Assembly: GCA_012727425.1 (NCBI GenBank)
Contig: JAAYHQ010000047.1
Coordinates: 13,155-77,154, forward strand
Length of the DNA stretch: 64,000 nt
Source: Bacillota bacterium
GTDB taxonomy: Bacteria; Bacillota; UBA4882; UBA10575
Direction of reading: 5' to 3'
In this document: positions 37,113 through 47,830 of the stretch, piece by piece
Numbering within the stretch: the first letter of the stretch is position 1
Layout of the letters: each line of letters starts with the position of its first letter
Position numbers and translations under genes: made by a program
Notes under the pieces: model-generated
The model's database searches: none
Told to the model about the DNA's origin: nothing
The model's input: the letters and a program-made list of their open reading frames with translations, nothing else

Positions 37113-38264
37113 GTGATTGTTTTGGGACAAAGGAACAAGAAACAGCGTTTAGCGGCACGTTGTCCCTTCCTGTTGCTGATCCTGGTTGTTTTCCTAGTGG
37201 TGCCGGCCGCCGCGGCCCAGGAGACGGGGGACATTCCGGTCCGGATTAAGGACGTCGCCCGTCTGGTTGAAGACCGGCCGAACCAGTTGACCGGGTTTGG
37301 CCTGGTCGTGGGTTTGAATGGAACCGGTGACGGCAGTCAGGGTTTTGCCCTCGACATGGTCTTAAATTTCCTGGCCCACCACGGATTCACCGTGGACCAG
37401 ACGAACATCCGGGTCCGGAACGTGGCGGCGGTTGCCTTGTCGGCGACTTTGCCCATGTATAAGCAGAACGGGGACGAATTGGAAGTGACCGTTTCTTCCA
37501 TAGGTGATGCGAAAAGTCTCCAAGGGGGCATTCTTCTGCAGTCACCCCTGACGGGGGCCGACGGACGGGTGTATGCGGTAGCTCAGGGGCCGGTGGTGGT
37601 CGGCGGCTTTACTGCTGAAACCAGACGCGGGAGCCGCCAGACGACGAACCAACCGACGGTGGGGATGGTCCAGGCTATTGTGGAAAACACGGTTCCGGTA
37701 CAGCCGGGAATGGATAACGCTTTACGGTGGGTGCTCGCCAATCCGGATTATTCGACGGCCAACCGGATGGCCCAAGCGATCAACACTTATTTGGGCGCCG
37801 AGTTGGCGGTGCCCGAAAGCAAAGCGGAAGTCCGGGTGACCATTCCCGAGGCTTACCGGCAGAACCCGGTGGGTTTCATTGCGTTAATTGAGAACATCCA
37901 GATCACCCAGGAACAGCGGGCCCGGGTTGTGGTCAACCCCCGGACCGGGACGATTGTCTTTGACGAGAATGTGCGGATTGCGCCGGTGGCGGTCACCCGC
38001 GGGAACATTACGGTCCGGGTCACAACCGGACAAAGGGTGGTTCAACCTCCGCCGTTATCCGCCGGGGAGACGGTAGTCACCACCGACGAAACTTTAGAAG
38101 TAACGGCCGAGCCCGGGACTTTGGTGGCTTTGCCCGCCGGTACTTCGCTGGATGAGATCGTCCGGGCCTTAAATGCGGTGGGGGCGACTCCGCAGGACAT
38201 CATTAATCTGATTATTGCCATTGACCAAGCCGGAGCCTTGTATGGGGAATTGGAGATCCGGTAA
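37113..38264 (+). CDS. flgI: flagellar P-ring protein FlgI
   Basis: 383 aa with a signal peptide. VRIKDVARLVEDRPNQLTGFGLVVGLNGTGD is canonical. C-terminal ..ALNAVGATPQDIINLIIAIDQAGAL. Confidence 0.9.
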   Translation: MIVLGQRNKKQRLAARCPFLLLILVVFLVVPAAAAQETGDIPVRIKDVARLVEDRPNQLTGFGLVVGLNGTGDGSQGFALDMVLNFLAHHGFTVDQTNIRVRNVAAVALSATLPMYKQNGDELEVTVSSIGDAKSLQGGILLQSPLTGADGRVYAVAQGPVVVGGFTAETRRGSRQTTNQPTVGMVQAIVENTVPVQPGMDNALRWVLANPDYSTANRMAQAINTYLGAELAVPESKAEVRVTIPEAYRQNPVGFIALIENIQITQEQRARVVVNPRTGTIVFDENVRIAPVAVTRGNITVRVTTGQRVVQPPPLSAGETVVTTDETLEVTAEPGTLVALPAGTSLDEIVRALNAVGATPQDIINLIIAIDQAGALYGELEIR

Positions 38265-38289
38265 GCAGAACTTTGGGAGGAGAAGGGTA

Positions 38290-38589
38290 ATGAAGATCGA
38301 GCGGCAGGTGGCAATGGAGTCTTCCGCGCTGACCCGGGCGCCGCACAAGCCGGCGACCAAAAAGGAACAGCGCTTAAGGGAAAAATGCCAGGAATTCGAG
38401 GCTATCCTCCTGCAGAGGATGGTCGAGGTGATGCAGGCCGATACCAACCTGTTCGGCCGGGGGGTCCAGGGTGAATTCTTTGGCGGGATGTTTGCGGAGG
38501 TCATCGCTAAAGAACTGGCGAAGAATCCGGGTTTGGGTCTAACGGAGGACTTGATCCGCGCCTACCAAAAAGCCGGATTATTGAATTAG
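38290..38589 (+). CDS. flgJ: rod-binding protein (FlgJ N-terminal domain only)
   Basis: ORF 38215..38589. ATG 38290 follows GGGAGGAG. CQEFEAILLQRMVEVM..GEFFGGMFAEVIAKEL fits the Rod_binding pattern. No muramidase domain is present. Confidence 0.65.
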   Translation: MKIERQVAMESSALTRAPHKPATKKEQRLREKCQEFEAILLQRMVEVMQADTNLFGRGVQGEFFGGMFAEVIAKELAKNPGLGLTEDLIRAYQKAGLLN

Positions 38590-38620
38590 TTTAACCTTTG
38601 GCCAAAATTTAGCGTCTTTT

Positions 38621-38654
38621 AAAAAAGAGCGCCGTCTGCAGGTGCTTTTTTTTT
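38621..38654. terminator. terminator after flgJ, with flanking A and T tracts
   Basis: AAAAAAGAGCGCC-gtctgca-GGTGCTTTTTTTTT. Confidence 0.7.
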
Positions 38655-38741
38655 GTGGTAAAGAGAAGCCGCCATCTTTTTATCCTGGCTTAGACATTTG
38701 CAAGTGCCTTACGGCCGAAGAAGCGAGGTAGGTATTAAAGG

Positions 38742-38849
38742 AAGCCAGCGGGACCCCACGGATTTAAGTTGCTTTCCACCCGGCTGGTGCTGGACCTTGG
38801 TGGGTGGCGGCAACTTACATCGCGAAGTCCCGCTGGCTTTTCTTTTTTG
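38742..38849 (+). other. orphan three-tier nested hairpin plus T-tract (candidate sRNA or unusual bidirectional terminator)
   Basis: Outer 13-bp perfect stem 38742-54 / 38827-39. Middle 7-bp stem AAGTTGC/GCAACTT. Inner 6-bp stem CCACCC/GGGTGG. Followed by TTTTCTTTTTT. Lies in the convergent flgJ-purD gap. Confidence 0.4.
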
Positions 38850-38864
38850 CAAAGGTGAAACCAA

Positions 38865-40142
38865 TCAGTGGCGAAGCACAATGCCTCGCCGGCCGATGTC
38901 GGTCCGGTAATGGGCGCCGTCGAAATGGATGGCTTGCACGGCTTGGTAGGCTTTATCCAGGGCCTCCGCGCGGGTCTCTCCCCAGGCGGTGACGGCCAAG
39001 ACCCGACCGCCCGCCGTGACCACGTTTTCACCGTGGGTAGCGGTCCCGGCGTGGAAAACATAAACATCGGGCATAGCAGCGACCTGATCCAGGCCGGTAA
39101 TGATCTTGCCGGTGGTGTAGGTGCCCGGGTAACCGCCGGAAGCCATGACCACGCAGGCGGTGTGGTTGTTATGCCAGGTGATGGTTTCCTCCGCCAGCCG
39201 GCCGTCGTTGATGGCCTGGAGGATCGGGATGAGGTCACTTTGCAGACGGGGAAGGATGACCTGGCATTCCGGGTCGCCAAAGCGGACGTTGTACTCCAAA
39301 ACTTTGGGCCCCGTGGCCGTGATCATCAACCCGACATAGAGCACGCCCCGGTAAACAATGCCTTCCTGGCGCAGGCCATCAATGGTGGGCCGGAGGATCT
39401 CCGTTACGATCTGTTGTTGCCGTTCCGGGGTGAGGAGCGGAACAGGTGAATAGGCGCCCATCCCGCCGGTATTGGGGCCGGTGTCATGGTCATAGGCCGC
39501 CTTATGGTCCTGGGCGGCGACCATGGGGACAACCGTGGTCCCGTCGGTGAACGCCAGGAGAGTTACTTCTTCACCGCGCAGATACTCTTCGATCACAATG
39601 CGGCTGCCAGCCTCCCCAAACTCCCGGTCGACCAGCATCCGTTGGACCGCGGCTTCGGCTTCGGCCACCGTGGCGGCGACGACCACTCCTTTCCCGGCGG
39701 CCAGCCCGTCGGCCTTGACCACGATGGGAGCGCCTTTTGCCCGGATGTAGGCGCAGGCCTCTGCCGCCGTGGTGAAGGTCCGGCTCTCGGCCGTTGGGAT
39801 CCGGTATTTCGCCATTAATTGCTTGGCAAAGACTTTACTGGCTTCCAACTGGGCGGCGGCTTTGCCCGGGCCAAAGATGGCCAGGCCCGCTTCCTGGAAG
39901 CGGTCGACAATCCCGGCGGCCAGGGGCGCTTCTGGCCCGACTACCGTCAAGTCGATCCGGTGTTCGCGGGCCAAGGCGACTAGGGCTTCCAGATCATCGG
40001 CGGCCACCGGAACACACCGCGCCAGGCGGGCGATGCCGGCGTTGCCGGGCGCGCAGAAAAGCTCGCGCACCAGCGGACTTTGTTTCAGCTTCCAGGCCAG
40101 CGCATGCTCCCGTCCGCCGCCCCCCACAATTAAAACCCGCAT
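38865..40142 (-). CDS. purD: phosphoribosylamine-glycine ligase
   Basis: 425 aa. MRVLIVGGGGREHALAWKL..ATP-grasp..GGMGAYSP. Last gene of the pur operon. Confidence 0.92.
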   Translation of the reverse strand: MRVLIVGGGGREHALAWKLKQSPLVRELFCAPGNAGIARLARCVPVAADDLEALVALAREHRIDLTVVGPEAPLAAGIVDRFQEAGLAIFGPGKAAAQLEASKVFAKQLMAKYRIPTAESRTFTTAAEACAYIRAKGAPIVVKADGLAAGKGVVVAATVAEAEAAVQRMLVDREFGEAGSRIVIEEYLRGEEVTLLAFTDGTTVVPMVAAQDHKAAYDHDTGPNTGGMGAYSPVPLLTPERQQQIVTEILRPTIDGLRQEGIVYRGVLYVGLMITATGPKVLEYNVRFGDPECQVILPRLQSDLIPILQAINDGRLAEETITWHNNHTACVVMASGGYPGTYTTGKIITGLDQVAAMPDVYVFHAGTATHGENVVTAGGRVLAVTAWGETRAEALDKAYQAVQAIHFDGAHYRTDIGRRGIVLRH

Positions 40143-40311
40143 CTTTCTCCTCCTTCCTCCGCACTAAGGTTGCTTCTTTTTCTTCTGGAGTTAATTCTTC
40201 AGTTAATTTGATCCTGATGTAGACGAGGCCGTTCCGTAAGGAGAGCGCCGGTGTGACGTCGCTCATCCCGCCGGACGAGCCGCAGACAAGTAAAGGCAAA
40301 AGCTTCAGTAT

Positions 40312-41853
40312 TCAATGCTTAAAATAGCGGGTGCCGGTAAAGACCATGGCTAGCCCTTGCTCATTGCAGGCGGCAATGGACTCCTCATCCCGGACCGAAC
40401 CGCCCGGTTGCACAATGGCGGCGATTCCCGCCGCCGCTGCCGCGTCCACGGTATCCCGGAAGGGGAAGAAAGCATCGGAGGCAAGGACACTGCCCTTGGC
40501 TTTTTCCCCGGCCTGTTCGATGGCGATCTTGGCCGCTCCTACCCGGTTCATTTGCCCGGCCCCGATCCCGATGGTTTGGCCGTTTTTCACCAGGACGATG
40601 GCGTTGGACTTGACGTGTTTCACCACCTTCATTCCGAAAACCATGTCCGCCAACTGTGCGGCGGTGGGCGCTTTGGTGGTCACGGCCCGCCAGTCCTCTG
40701 CCTTGATCACGGCCGGATCCAAGGTTTGCAGGAGCAAGCCGCCAGAGACTTTTTTCAGGTCGAAGGTCTCCCGTTTCTCCGGCAGCGGGATCTCTAAGAG
40801 GCGCAGGTTTTTCTTTCGGGTCAGGATCGCCAGGGCTTCAGCGCTGTAAGCCGGCGCCACGATGACTTCCAGAAAGATTTCGTTTAGTTTCTCTGCCGTG
40901 CGCGCGTCCAGGGGCCGGTTGAACGCTACAATTCCGCCGAAGATGGAGACCGGGTCGCACTCGAAGGCACGGGTAAAAGCGGTGTAAAGGTCCTCGCCGA
41001 CCGCGACCCCGCAGGGGTTGGTATGTTTGACGGCCACGGCCGCCGGTTCGTCGAATTCGAGAACCAACTCCCAGGCGGCGTTCAGATCGTTCAGGTTGTT
41101 AAAGGACAAGGCTTTCCCGTGCAACTGTTTGGCGGCAGCGACGGTTCCCGGTGCGGCGTGCGGCTCCTGGTAAAAGGCCGCCTGTTGTTGGGGGTTTTCA
41201 CCATAACGCAGCTCTTCGGCCTTGGCGTAGGGGAGGACCAGCGTCTCCGGAAACAGGGGCGCTTTTTCCGTCTGTGCTGCCAACCACCGGGCAATGATCG
41301 CGTCATAATAGGCGGTGTGGTTGAAGGCCTCGACGGCCAAGTGGAAACGGGTCTCGGGGCTGACGGTGCCGTTTTCCGCCAATTCCTGCAGGATCTCCGG
41401 ATAGCGGGCGGGGTTGACGACGATGGTGACATGGCGGTAGTTTTTGGCGGCGGCGCGGACCATGGTTGGGCCGCCAATATCAATGTTTTCGATGGCTTCT
41501 TCGAGGGTGACCCCAGGTTTGGCCACCGTGGCGGCAAAGGGATAAAGATTGACGGCGACTACGTCGAAGGGGAGAATGCCGTGCTCCTCCAGTTGGCGGC
41601 GGTGCTCCTCCAGCTCACGCCGGGCGAGCAGACCCCCGTGGATCTTGGGGTGGAGCGTTTTGACCCGGCCGTCGAGGATCTCCGGGAAACCGGTCAGCTC
41701 GGCCACCCCCTGCACGGGGAGCCCGGCTTCCGCTAAGATCCGCTGGGTGCCGCCGGTGGAGATCAGGGTAAACCCTTGTTCCACCAAGCCCCGGGCAAAC
41801 TCAACCAGGCCCGTTTTATCCGAAACACTAAGTAACGCCAGTTTTTTACTCAT
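40312..41853 (-). CDS. purH: bifunctional AICAR formyltransferase / IMP cyclohydrolase
   Basis: ORF 40312..42036. Start set at ATG 41853 (MSKKLALLSVSDKTG), which overlaps the purN stop by 8 nt. Ends ..FTGTRYFKH. Confidence 0.92.
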   Translation of the reverse strand: MSKKLALLSVSDKTGLVEFARGLVEQGFTLISTGGTQRILAEAGLPVQGVAELTGFPEILDGRVKTLHPKIHGGLLARRELEEHRRQLEEHGILPFDVVAVNLYPFAATVAKPGVTLEEAIENIDIGGPTMVRAAAKNYRHVTIVVNPARYPEILQELAENGTVSPETRFHLAVEAFNHTAYYDAIIARWLAAQTEKAPLFPETLVLPYAKAEELRYGENPQQQAAFYQEPHAAPGTVAAAKQLHGKALSFNNLNDLNAAWELVLEFDEPAAVAVKHTNPCGVAVGEDLYTAFTRAFECDPVSIFGGIVAFNRPLDARTAEKLNEIFLEVIVAPAYSAEALAILTRKKNLRLLEIPLPEKRETFDLKKVSGGLLLQTLDPAVIKAEDWRAVTTKAPTAAQLADMVFGMKVVKHVKSNAIVLVKNGQTIGIGAGQMNRVGAAKIAIEQAGEKAKGSVLASDAFFPFRDTVDAAAAAGIAAIVQPGGSVRDEESIAACNEQGLAMVFTGTRYFKH

Positions 41854-42454
41854 CGATGCAACACCTTCTTCCTCTAATTTTGATTTTCCCCCGGACCCAC
41901 AGGTCGATTGCCTGCGGATAAAGACGGTGCTCGAGGGCATGAATCCTTTCCTGCAGGCTGTCAACGGTGTCGTCCGGCCGGACGGGGAGGGCTTCCTGCA
42001 AGATGATCGGCCCCGTATCCATTCCTTCATCGACAAAATGGACGGTGCAGCCGGTCACTTTAACCCCGTAGGCCAGGGCATCGGCGACGCCACGGGTTCC
42101 GGGAAAAGCGGGCAAGAGGGAGGGGTGAATATTCATAATCCGGTGGCGGAAAGCAGCCACAAATTCCGGCGTGACTAAACGCATAAAGCCGGCCATCACC
42201 ACCAGGTCAATGGCTTCCGCTTGTAAGAACTCAATCATGGCGCGGTCATAAGCTTCCCGGGAAGGATAATCTTGCGGGCGAAAAACACGGGTCGGAATGT
42301 TATGTTTTTGGGCGCGCACCAACGCATAGGCTTCCTCTTTGTCACTGATCACCAGGACAACCCGGGCGTTTTGGATCCGGCCATCGGCGATGGCCGCCAG
42401 GATGGCCTCCAAATTGCTGCCGTTGCCGGAGGCCAAGACAGCGATTCTTTTCAT
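41846..42454 (-). CDS. purN: phosphoribosylglycinamide formyltransferase
   Basis: 202 aa. MKRIAVLASGNGSNLEAI..NIHPSLLPAFPG..DTGPII. Confidence 0.9.
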   Translation of the reverse strand: MKRIAVLASGNGSNLEAILAAIADGRIQNARVVLVISDKEEAYALVRAQKHNIPTRVFRPQDYPSREAYDRAMIEFLQAEAIDLVVMAGFMRLVTPEFVAAFRHRIMNIHPSLLPAFPGTRGVADALAYGVKVTGCTVHFVDEGMDTGPIILQEALPVRPDDTVDSLQERIHALEHRLYPQAIDLWVRGKIKIRGRRCCIDE

Positions 42455-42484
42455 CTTCTTCCCCCCTTGTCGCGGCTGTTACGG

Positions 42485-43507
42485 CTATTCCAGGCACACA
42501 CCGGCCCCGGGTTCCACCCGGCCGATGATGACCGGCTCTTCGCCGGCCCCCGCTAAAACAGCACAGGCTTTGTCGGCCTCTTCCGGAGCGACGAGACAAA
42601 CAAAACCGATCCCCATGTTAAAGGTCCGGTACATCTCCGTCTCCGGGACGGCGCCCAGCGTCTGAAGCAATTTAAAGATGGGCGGCACGGTCCAGGCCTT
42701 TTTGTTCAGGCGGACGCCTAAACCCGGTGGCAGGATGCGGGGCAGGTTTTCCGGCAAACCGCCGCCGGTGATGTGGGCCATTGCTTCCACCGGGACCCGG
42801 GAAAGCAGATGCTGAATGGTTTTGACATAAATTTTGGTCGGGGTGAGGAGTTCTTCCCCCAAAGTTTTGCCCAGTTCCGGCTGGTAGGTATCGGGGTGGA
42901 GGGCCGCTTTCTCCAGGAGAACCTTGCGGGCCAGGGAATAGCCGTTACTGTGCAGCCCGGAAGAGGGGAGGCCGATCACCACATGGCCGGGCTTGACCTG
43001 GCGGCCGTCGATGATCTTCTTCCGTTCCACCACCCCGACAGCGAAACCGGCCAGGTCGTATTCGCCGGAGGCGTAAAAACCAGGCATTTCCGCAGTCTCC
43101 CCGCCGATGAGGGCACAGCCGGCCTGGCGGCAGCCGGCGGCGATCCCACGGACAATGGTGGCCACCTGTTCGGGGTCGAGTTTCCCGACGGCCAGGTAAT
43201 CCAGGAAGAAAAGGGGTTCGGCCCCGTGCACGATGATATCATTGACGCACATGGCGACCGCATCCTGACCGATAGTGTCGTGCTTGTCCAGGAGAAAGGC
43301 GATTTTCAGTTTGGTCCCCACCCCGTCGGTACCGGAGACCAGAACCGGTTCCTCGTATTTATTGCTTAAGGCAAAGAGCCCGCCAAAACTGCCGATCTCG
43401 GTCAATACTTCCGGCCGGTGGGTTGAACGCACATGTTTTTTCATGAGGCGGACCGCTTCGTTCCCGGCATCGATGTCGACCCCCGCCTCTTTGTAGGTGT
43501 AGCCCAT
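42485..43507 (-). CDS. purM: phosphoribosylformylglycinamidine cyclo-ligase (AIR synthetase)
   Basis: 340 aa. [32 protein letters not shown]. Confidence 0.92.
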   Translation of the reverse strand: MGYTYKEAGVDIDAGNEAVRLMKKHVRSTHRPEVLTEIGSFGGLFALSNKYEEPVLVSGTDGVGTKLKIAFLLDKHDTIGQDAVAMCVNDIIVHGAEPLFFLDYLAVGKLDPEQVATIVRGIAAGCRQAGCALIGGETAEMPGFYASGEYDLAGFAVGVVERKKIIDGRQVKPGHVVIGLPSSGLHSNGYSLARKVLLEKAALHPDTYQPELGKTLGEELLTPTKIYVKTIQHLLSRVPVEAMAHITGGGLPENLPRILPPGLGVRLNKKAWTVPPIFKLLQTLGAVPETEMYRTFNMGIGFVCLVAPEEADKACAVLAGAGEEPVIIGRVEPGAGVCLE

Positions 43508-43509
43508 GC

Positions 43510-44955
43510 TTACTGCACCTCCTGTTCCTTTTCTTCCTCCGTATGCTCCTTTTCACCTCGCGGGTCGCCCGTTTTTACCGGATAACAGCCGTTAAAACAG
43601 GCTTGGCAAAATCCTTCTGCCGGGAGATCCACCGCGGCCAGGAGCCCCTCGGCACTCAGAAAGCCCAGGGAATCGGCGCCGATGCTGGCGGCGATCTCGT
43701 CCACGCTCATCCGGGCGGCGATCAGTTCGGTGGAGGAGGAGATCTCCAGCCCGTAACAGCAGGGGGCGATCACCGGCGGGGAACTGATCCGCATGTGGAC
43801 CTCTTTGGCCCCGGCTTTGCGCAGCATCTCCACAATATGCCGGGAGGTGGTGCCCCGGACGATGGAGTCATCGACGATGACCACCCGTTTCCCGGCGACG
43901 ATCTGCCGGACCGGATTCAGTTTCAACTGTACGCCCAGGGTGCGCAGCTCCGGTGACGGTTGGATGAAAGTCCGGCCGATGTAACGGTTTTTATTAAAGC
44001 CCATCTCATAAGGGAGACCCAGTTGTTCCGCGACGCCGGAAGCAACCGACAAGGAGGAGTCGGGGACTCCGGCGACCAGATCGGCGGCCACCGGGTGTTC
44101 GGCGGCCAGGCGCCGGCCGAGCCGTTTCCGGACCAGGTGGACGTTGCGGCCTAACAGGTTACTGTCGGGACGGGCGAAATAGATAAATTCAAAAATGCAC
44201 ATGGCCCGGGGTGCCGGCGGGGCAAACCGTTCAAAATGGAGCCCGTGGCGGTCGATGGTGACCATCTCCCCGGGGGCGATGTCGCGGACAAATTCTGCCC
44301 CGATCGTGTCAAAAGCACAAGTCTCCGAGGCCAGAACGTAGCCGCCGGGCATTTTGCCCAGGGAGAGGGGGCGGATCCCGTGGGGATCGCGCAGACCAAT
44401 CAATTGGTCCGGGCTCATCAGCACGAAAGCGTAGGCACCCTGGACTTTGGGCAGGGATTTTTTTAACGCTGTGGTCAACTCCTTTTCCCCGCAGCGGGCT
44501 ACCAAGTGGGCAATGATCTCACTGTCGGTGGTCGTCTGGAAGATGGAACCCTCTGTTTCCAGTTCTTCCCGGAGGCGGTGGCCATTGGTCAGGTTGCCGT
44601 TGTGGGCAATGGCCAAGGAGCCGTGCCGGTAACGGATCACTAGGGGTTGGGCGTTTACCGCCCGGTCCGCACAGTCGCCGGCATGCCGGACGTGGCCCAA
44701 AGCGACATGGCCCGGCAGCCGTTTCAGGCGGTCGGTGTCGGCAAAGACCTCGGCCACCAGGCCGGGCCCCTTCTCCCCCCGGATCGTCCGGCCGTCGGCC
44801 ACGGCAATGCCTGCACTTTCCTGTCCCCGGTGTTGCAGGGCATACAAGGCGTAATAGGTGAGGCGGGCCACATCGCTTCCCGGGGCGTAGATGCCGAAGA
44901 CGCCGCATTCTTCGCTCATTTTATCCGCCCGGCGGTAACCTAGGGTAAGTGACAT
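43510..44955 (-). CDS. purF: amidophosphoribosyltransferase
   Basis: ORF 43510..45231. Start set at ATG 44955, 6 nt after AGGAGGG, overlapping purL by 16 nt. This gives a 16-aa propeptide before the nucleophile [19 protein letters not shown] motif and a C-terminal Cys cluster. Confidence 0.88.
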   Translation of the reverse strand: MSLTLGYRRADKMSEECGVFGIYAPGSDVARLTYYALYALQHRGQESAGIAVADGRTIRGEKGPGLVAEVFADTDRLKRLPGHVALGHVRHAGDCADRAVNAQPLVIRYRHGSLAIAHNGNLTNGHRLREELETEGSIFQTTTDSEIIAHLVARCGEKELTTALKKSLPKVQGAYAFVLMSPDQLIGLRDPHGIRPLSLGKMPGGYVLASETCAFDTIGAEFVRDIAPGEMVTIDRHGLHFERFAPPAPRAMCIFEFIYFARPDSNLLGRNVHLVRKRLGRRLAAEHPVAADLVAGVPDSSLSVASGVAEQLGLPYEMGFNKNRYIGRTFIQPSPELRTLGVQLKLNPVRQIVAGKRVVIVDDSIVRGTTSRHIVEMLRKAGAKEVHMRISSPPVIAPCCYGLEISSSTELIAARMSVDEIAASIGADSLGFLSAEGLLAAVDLPAEGFCQACFNGCYPVKTGDPRGEKEHTEEEKEQEVQ

Positions 44956-47135
44956 GGGATACCCTCCTGCCAGGCCGTGTGCAGTTCGGCGACGGACCGG
45001 TCGATAGACCGGTTGCCATCGACGAAAATTTGCAAGCGGTCCCCGCCGGTGCGGCCAATCACGCGGAGGGGGACCTTCTCCTGGGCGGCCAGGGTCTGCA
45101 AGGCCGGGAGTTTTTCCGGCGGTAGGGAGAGCACCACGCGGGACTGGGATTCCCCAAAAAGCAGGCTGTCCGTCCGGAGGTCGCCTCTTGCCAATTCGAC
45201 CACCGCCCCCAGTTGGTTGCCGAAGGTACACTCGGCCACCGCCACGGCTAGACCGCCTTCGGACAGGTCGTGGGCGGAACGGACCAGTCCTTGTCTGATC
45301 GCGGCCAAGACGGTGCGGTGGAGGGCTTTTTCTTTGGCCAGATCCAGCGCCGGCGGTTTGCCTTGGACCCGGCCGTGGATCAAGGCCAGGTATTCACTGC
45401 CCCCCAATTCATCGTAGGTCTCGCCCAAGAGAACAACAAGGTCGCCGGCGGCTTTGAAAGACGGTGTACAATACTGCGTGGCGTCTTCCAAGAGACCGAC
45501 CATCCCAATGATCGGTGTGGGGTAGATAGCTTCCCCGTTGGCTTCATTGTAGAAGGAGACATTACCGCCGGTGACCGGCGTTTCCAGGACGCGGCAGGCT
45601 TCGCTGATCCCGGCAACCGCCTGCCGGAACTGCCAGTAGATCTCCGGCTTCTCCGGACTGCCGAAGTTTAGACCGTCAGTGATCGCCAAGGGCTCACCAC
45701 CGCTGCAGACAATATTACGGGCGGCCTCCGCGACCGCAATTTTGGCGCCTTCGTAGGGATCCAGGTAAACGTAGCGGGAATTACAGTCCGCCGTCAAGGC
45801 CAGGCCCTTTTTGGTGCCGCGGATGCGGATTACGGCCGCATCCGACCCCGGACCGACCAGGGTCGAGGTGCGGGCCAGATAGTCGAACTGCCGCCAAACC
45901 CATTCTTTGCTGGCCAGATTGGGGGAAGCCAGGAGTTTGAGCAATACGGAGTCGTAATCCGCCGGTTCGGCAATGGCGGCCAGCGGCAGGTCGGCGGTGC
46001 TTTTGAGGTAGGTTGGTTCTTTGGCTTCCGGATGGTACACCGGGGCGTCTTCGGTCAGACTACGGGCGGGGATCTCGGCCACGACCGCCCCGTGCATCCG
46101 GATCCGCAGCATCCCGTCTTCCGTAACACGGCCAATGGTGGCGGAAGTGAGGCCCCAACGTTTGAAGACGGCGTGGACTTTGGCCTCTTTTTCTGGAGCG
46201 ACGACGAGGAGCATCCGTTCCTGTGATTCGGAAAGCATAATTTCGTAGGGGGTCATGCCCTCCTCCCGGCAGGGCACCTTGGCCAGTTCGATCTCCATAC
46301 CGGTCCCGCCGCGGCTGGCCATCTCCGAGACGGCACAAGTCAACCCGGCGGCCCCCAAGTCTTGAATTCCCTCCACATCGCCGCGGCCAATCAGCTCCAG
46401 GCAGGCTTCGAGCAGCAGTTTTTCGGTAAAGGGATCGCCCACTTGGATGTCGGGGGCTTGGGTTTCTTCGCTTAATTCGACCGAGGCAAAGGAGGCGCCG
46501 CCCATCCCGTCCCGGCCGGTGCGGGCCCCCGCGAGAATCACCGGGTTGCCGATGCCGGTCGCTTTCCCCAGCCGTAGTTGGTCCGTTTTCAAAAGGCCGA
46601 CACACATGGCGTTGACCAGAGGATTCCCCTGGTAGCAGGGGTCAAAATAGATCTCGCCGCCGACGGTCGGGATTCCGATCCGGTTGCCGTAACCGGCAAT
46701 CCCGGCGACAACCTGTGCAAACAGGTAGCGCACCCGTTCGTCGGTCAGGGGGCCAAAGCGCAGGGAATTAAGGAGCGCGATCGGCCGGGCTCCCATGGTG
46801 AAGATATCGCGGATGATGCCGCCGGCCCCGGTAGCCGCCCCCTGGTAAGGTTCGACCGCCGAAGGGTGGTTATGGGATTCGATCTTAAAGCAGACGGCCA
46901 GGCCGTCGCCGATCTCAACTACACCGGCGTTCTCCCCGGGACCCTGGAGGACCCGCGGGCCGGTGGTGGGGAAGGTTTTCAATACCGCTTTGGAGTGTTT
47001 GTAGGAACAGTGTTCCGACCACATGACACTGAACATGCCCAGTTCCAAGTGGTTGGGTTCCCGTCCTAAGGCTTCTTTGATCCGGTCGTATTCATCGTCC
47101 CGTAGTCCCAGCTTACGCCAGTCTTCTGGTCTCAT
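44940..47135 (-). CDS. purL: FGAM synthase II (large subunit)
   Basis: 731 aa. [22 protein letters not shown]. Tight coupling with purQ. Confidence 0.92.
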   Translation of the reverse strand: MRPEDWRKLGLRDDEYDRIKEALGREPNHLELGMFSVMWSEHCSYKHSKAVLKTFPTTGPRVLQGPGENAGVVEIGDGLAVCFKIESHNHPSAVEPYQGAATGAGGIIRDIFTMGARPIALLNSLRFGPLTDERVRYLFAQVVAGIAGYGNRIGIPTVGGEIYFDPCYQGNPLVNAMCVGLLKTDQLRLGKATGIGNPVILAGARTGRDGMGGASFASVELSEETQAPDIQVGDPFTEKLLLEACLELIGRGDVEGIQDLGAAGLTCAVSEMASRGGTGMEIELAKVPCREEGMTPYEIMLSESQERMLLVVAPEKEAKVHAVFKRWGLTSATIGRVTEDGMLRIRMHGAVVAEIPARSLTEDAPVYHPEAKEPTYLKSTADLPLAAIAEPADYDSVLLKLLASPNLASKEWVWRQFDYLARTSTLVGPGSDAAVIRIRGTKKGLALTADCNSRYVYLDPYEGAKIAVAEAARNIVCSGGEPLAITDGLNFGSPEKPEIYWQFRQAVAGISEACRVLETPVTGGNVSFYNEANGEAIYPTPIIGMVGLLEDATQYCTPSFKAAGDLVVLLGETYDELGGSEYLALIHGRVQGKPPALDLAKEKALHRTVLAAIRQGLVRSAHDLSEGGLAVAVAECTFGNQLGAVVELARGDLRTDSLLFGESQSRVVLSLPPEKLPALQTLAAQEKVPLRVIGRTGGDRLQIFVDGNRSIDRSVAELHTAWQEGIPCHLP

Positions 47136-47830
47136 TGCCTACCCTCCCAGTATTTTAAGATTGAAAGGAAAATGGCCAGCCCGTCGGTGGAACCCAGAAC
47201 GGCCTCGCCCGCCCGTTCCGGCTGGGGCATCATCCCCAGGACATTCCGGGTTTTGTTACAGACGCCGGCGATGTTGCTGACCGAACCATTGGGGTTGGCT
47301 TCCATTGAGGGTTGGCCCCTTTCGTCCGCATAGCGGAAGACGATCTGGCCATTCTCTTCCAACTGTTGCAAGGTGGCCGGATCGACGAAGTAATTGCCTT
47401 CACCGTGGGCGAAGGGGATGGAAAGGAGTTGGTTCCGGTGGAGGTTACGGGTGAACGGTGTATCTGGATTCTCCACCCGCAGGGTGGTGGAGTGGCAGTG
47501 AAACCGGCCACCGGCATTGGTGTAAAGGGCACCCGGCAGGAGACCGGCTTCGGTCAACACTTGAAAGCCGTCCGCAATGCCCAGCACCAACCCTCCCCGG
47601 TGGGCAAAGGCGGTCACCGCCGCCATGACCGGGGAATGACGGGCCAGGGCGCCGCCGCGGAGGTAACTCCCGTAGGAGGAGCCGCCGGGCAGAATCAGAC
47701 AGTCAAAGCCCTGGACCGAAGTATCTTCGTGCCAGATATAGTCGACCGGTGCCTCCAGAACATCCTTGATCAGATGATAGAGGTCCAAATCACCGCTGGA
47801 TCCGGGAAAGACAATCACTCCAAATTTCAT
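47132..47830 (-). CDS. purQ: FGAM synthase I (glutaminase subunit)
   Basis: 232 aa. [31 protein letters not shown]. Confidence 0.92.
   Translation of the reverse strand: MKFGVIVFPGSSGDLDLYHLIKDVLEAPVDYIWHEDTSVQGFDCLILPGGSSYGSYLRGGALARHSPVMAAVTAFAHRGGLVLGIADGFQVLTEAGLLPGALYTNAGGRFHCHSTTLRVENPDTPFTRNLHRNQLLSIPFAHGEGNYFVDPATLQQLEENGQIVFRYADERGQPSMEANPNGSVSNIAGVCNKTRNVLGMMPQPERAGEAVLGSTDGLAIFLSILKYWEGRQ

Noticed and set aside
38742-38839. Identification of the nested hairpin as SRP RNA, 6S RNA or another known housekeeping RNA.
   Set aside because: There is no GGAA/GNRA-capped domain IV with the conserved symmetric loop of SRP RNA. There is no 6S-like central bubble with a closing stem that uses the 5' flank. 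I cannot assign it to a family by eye.
38698-39280. ORFs of 70 aa (+) and 181 aa (-) covering the flgJ-purD spacer and the purD 3' end.
   Set aside because: No RBS, and odd composition. The minus-strand ORF is an alternative frame of purD. The spacer is better explained as structured RNA.
40143-40311. ZTP (pfl) or another purine-related riboswitch in the 169-nt purH-purD spacer.
   Set aside because: The conserved ZTP elements (the GGGUCGUGACUGGCG-type core and the CCGCCUGGGC pseudoknot partner) are absent. Only a generic GC hairpin is present.
41854-42036. 61-codon N-terminal extension of the purH ORF. Similar extensions occur on purF (44956-45231), purE (48748-48840), purS, fadD, the ABC ATPase and the OMP-like gene.
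   Set aside because: In each case an internal ATG or GTG with a good SD gives the canonical protein N-terminus. The extensions overlap the upstream genes and look non-protein-like.
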